Shown here: positions 59,898 through 64,000 of the stretch, in pieces
Layout: every line of letters starts with the position of its first letter
Numbering within the stretch: position 1 is the stretch's first letter
Assembly (NCBI RefSeq): GCF_009914755.1
Contig: NC_060940.1
Source of the DNA: the human T2T-CHM13v2.0 reference genome, Homo sapiens
Reading direction: 5' to 3' (one strand)
DNA: 64,000 nt
Position numbers and translations under genes: made by a program
Notes under the pieces: generated by a model
Databases searched by the model: none
What the model saw: only the letters and a program-made list of their open reading frames with translations
Told to the model about the DNA's origin: nothing

Positions 59898-60341
59898 TTT
59901 TTAATTTTTATTTTTTTAAGTTCCAGGGTACATGTGCAGGATGTGTAGGTTTGTTACACAGGTAAACGTGTGCCATGGTGGTTTACTGTGCCTGTCAACC
60001 TGTCATCAACGTATTAAGCCCAGCATACATTAGCTTTTATCCCTAATGCTCGTCCCCTCCATCTCCCAGCAGACCCCAGTGTGTGGTGTTCCCCTCCCTG
60101 TGTCCATGTGTTCTCATTGTTCAGCTCTCACTTTTAAGTAAGAACATATAGTATTTGGTTTTCTGTTCCTGTGTTAGTTTGCTGAGGATAATGGCTTCCA
60201 GCTGCATCCATGTCCCTGCAAAGGACATGATCTCATTCCTTTTTATGGCTGCATAGAATTCCGTGGTGTATATGTACCACATTTTTTTATTAATCCAGTC
60301 TATCATTGCTGAGCATTTGTTTTGATTCCATGTCTTTGCTT
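59898..60341 (-). mobile_element. L1PA (older, L1PA7-10-like) 3' end
   Basis: ttaagttccagggtacatgtgcaggatgtgtaggtttgttacacaggtaaacgtgtgccatggtgg...gattccatgtctttgct. Confidence 0.88.
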
Positions 60342-60448
60342 AATGGGGGATAGTTGTAACCCCTATGAATGCAGAGAGGCATGTGGTACAGTTTGAGTTG
60401 GTGTCATTTTAGTAAATAACAGTCCAGTTTGTGGTGATATAAATCACA

Positions 60449-60947
<499 letters not shown>

Positions 60948-61306
60948 TAGTCCTTTTACTTCCATTTTACTCGCATTCAGTGCTCCCTGGAAGGTGTTTC
61001 TTTCTGCAAATAGCTGCGTGAGAAATCCAGCATGTCCTGGACCCTCCCTCTTTTAAAACAGTTTTTTAAAAGAATTGTTCTAAAAGAATCTTCCTCTGCT
61101 TCTGCTTCTAATTCTGGAAGAAAGGGTGGAGCTAGGTGTGTTCACATGGTAGTACTTTTTCTTTTGATCCAATTGTTTAAAAATATATGGCAGAATAAAG
61201 AGGACGGGAAAACCTCAACAACACCTCAGGAGTCAGAGAGCAGAGGAAGGTGTTTCACTCTGTGCAGATCCTGGACTAGCTCTGTGGGTTCCTGTGATGG
61301 TACTGA

Positions 61307-61730
<424 letters not shown>

Positions 61731-61967
61731 TCAGGTGTGTTTTTCCCACTTGACAGATGAAAAGACTGAGCCACATGATCAGAATTTCAGCCCAAGTTCA
61801 TAAATATCTTCCCTTGGAACATCAGTTTATGATTAGCACTGCTCATATGCTCATAGGCTGAAAGTTTTCTACTCCTATGACCCCTAAAGTGTACTTGGTG
61901 GGTAATTAGGAGCTTGCTGAGTGAATAAAGATAATGGTAATGGTAATAATAGTAATAAAAATAAAAC

Positions 61968-62273
61968 TAGCTGGGTATGGTGGTGCACACCTGTAATCGC
62001 AGCACTTTGGGAGGCTGAGGTAGGTGGTCACTTGAGGTCAGGAGTTCGAGATCATGCTGGCCAACATGGTGAAACCCCATCTGTACTAAAAAATACAAAA
62101 ATTAGCCAGGCATGGTGGTGGGCGCCTGTAATCTCAGCTATTTGAGAGGCTGAGGGAAGTGAATTGCTTGAACCCAGTAGGTGGAGGTTTCAATGAGCCA
62201 AGATCGTCCCACTGCAGTTCAGCCTGGGCGACAGAGTGAGACTCCGTCTCAAAAAGGAAAAACAAACAAAAAA
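61968..62273 (+). mobile_element. Alu (AluSx-like)
   Basis: agctgggtatggtggtgcacacctgtaatc ... gactccgtctcaaaaagg; TSD aaaactagc. Confidence 0.93.
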
Positions 62274-62566
62274 ACTAGCATTAACTGGTGCTTTGCTATG
62301 ATTTCTACAGGAGTTACAAGAGTTCTTATACGAGCATTCTAATTATTACATAGGGGAAACTGAGGCACGGGGCAGTTAAGAAACTCACCTGTACTGAGAA
62401 CAAGAATTTGAACACAGGCATTCTGGCTTTAGAGGCCACACTCTAAATTTCTCCTCTATCCTTGTTCTAGCATTCAGTCCTATCCATGAATACATGAAGC
62501 AAATATCATTTTCAGAATCCAGTTTCCAGAGGCGAGCATGTTTTATACATCTGTGGCTATTGGTTT

Positions 62567-63681
62567 TGTTCCAGGAAAGGGGTCCTGATTTAGAACCCAA
62601 GAGGGGGTTTTTAGATCTCACACCAGAAAGAATTTGGGGTGAGTCCACGGTGCAAACTAAAAAAGCAAGTTTATTAGGAAAGGCAAGTGGTGAAAGAACA
62701 GCTACTTCATAGACAGAGTAGGGCGTTCCCGAAAGTAAGAGGAAGAACGCATCCACCCTAGGTACAGTGTTTATATATATATGATATATATATCATATAT
62801 ATCATACCTATAGCATACATATCATATAGCATACATATCATATATATCATGTATCATACATATATATCATGTCATACATATATATCGTATGACATATCAA
62901 TATATTATATATATATGATATATGAGATATAAATGATCTAGATCATATATAATGTACCTATCATATGATGTATATCACATATATATCACATATGTCATAT
63001 GATCCATATCACATATATGGTGTATATCATATATATCACATATATTGTATATTATATATATCATATACTATATATCATATATATTAAATATCCCATATCA
63101 CATATCATATATATCACATGCCATATATTGTATATCATATGTATCATGTATCATATATATCATATATATCATATATCATGTATGAGATATACTTTATCAT
63201 ATATGATCTATATTTTATATATATATCATATATATGATCTATATTATCATATATATGATATATATTATATATATCATATATATCATATATTATCATATAT
63301 AGATCATATATATCACATATATATGTTTTATCATATATATTATCATATAATCATATATGATTTAAAAAGATCTTGGGCAGATTTGCTCTGCTACAAGGGT
63401 TTGTGATAAAGGATTAATTTTCTTAATTATTGTGTTTTGCAAGAATTGATATTATGATCTTTGAAGCAAAATTAGGAATGCCTTTGTTCTCTAGATACCG
63501 GGATATCTGGACACTCGCAAGTCTGGTTCTGTTTAGCAAACATTATTTACTTGTTCCCTTAACCATACACATCTAGAGGCCAGGAATGCCTGACTTCCTG
63601 AGAATGCAGCCCAGCAAGTCCCAGCCTCATATTCCAGCCCTCACTCAAAATGGAGTCACTGTAGTTCGAAGACCTCTGACA
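62567..63681 (-). mobile_element. MER41-family solo LTR (C/D-like) with internal AT expansion
   Basis: tgttccaggaaaggggtcctgat...gcaagtttattagg ... caaaatggagtcactgtagttcgaagacctctgaca; both ends are homologous to the other two MER41 copies. Confidence 0.82.
62770..63360. repeat. AT-rich (TATATCA/TA)n low-complexity expansion
   Basis: direct read. Confidence 0.95.
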
Positions 63682-64000
63682 ATTGGACACACGTCTGTGG
63701 TTCCTAACTCAGGACAGATGGATTTCTGTGGACTCCAAGCTTCCAAACGGCAGGCCCCCGGCTGGTCATCTCTTTAGCTCTGGCACTAACCGAGTGCCAA
63801 GCACATTAGCACTTGGTGAATATTGATTGAAATGAATTGAAATTGTGGGTGGAGGAAGGCTGAATAAAGGCCATTTCTCTGAAGAAAAGAAAGAAAAAGA
63901 AAGTCATCTTATCCCGTAGTCAGTGTGGATTGCAGGCACCTTTGGCTTATTTGCAGTATCTTGAAAAGCTGCTTCCCAATCTGGTCTGAGAGAAACACGT

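Noticed and set aside
62999-63406. 135-aa Y/I/H-rich ORF
   Set aside because: Translation of the AT-rich simple repeat.

Overview
This is a 64-kb window of primate (human-like) genomic DNA, either intergenic or deep intronic. It contains no supportable protein-coding gene, tRNA/rRNA or CRISPR, and I could not identify the locus. Nearly all ORFs in the track are Alu, L1, LTR or microsatellite read-throughs. By eye there are about 48 Alu copies (roughly a fifth of the window), several 3' L1 fragments, MaLR LTRs, hAT-type DNA transposon relics, MIR/L2 remnants and at least seven ERV-type solo LTRs. Three of those LTRs belong to the MER41 family and lie co-oriented between 43 and 64 kb. The most notable structures are: (1) a ~220-bp L1PA2-like insertion with a 41-bp 5' inversion, a 15-bp TSD and priming microhomology; (2) an AluY whose middle linker became (TG)n and was tandemly duplicated; (3) a perfect 29-bp palindrome inside an L2-like remnant; (4) a MER41B-like LTR retaining one GAS motif; (5) a ~590-bp AT expansion at a MER41 TATA box; (6) repeat-free, CpG-retaining blocks at 39.9-40.6 and 44.2-45.6 kb that look like conserved enhancers, the first with a candidate cryptic exon. 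Repeat subfamily names come from recalled consensus features and need RepeatMasker/Dfam confirmation. Boundaries of old repeats are approximate. I found no convincing new biological system.
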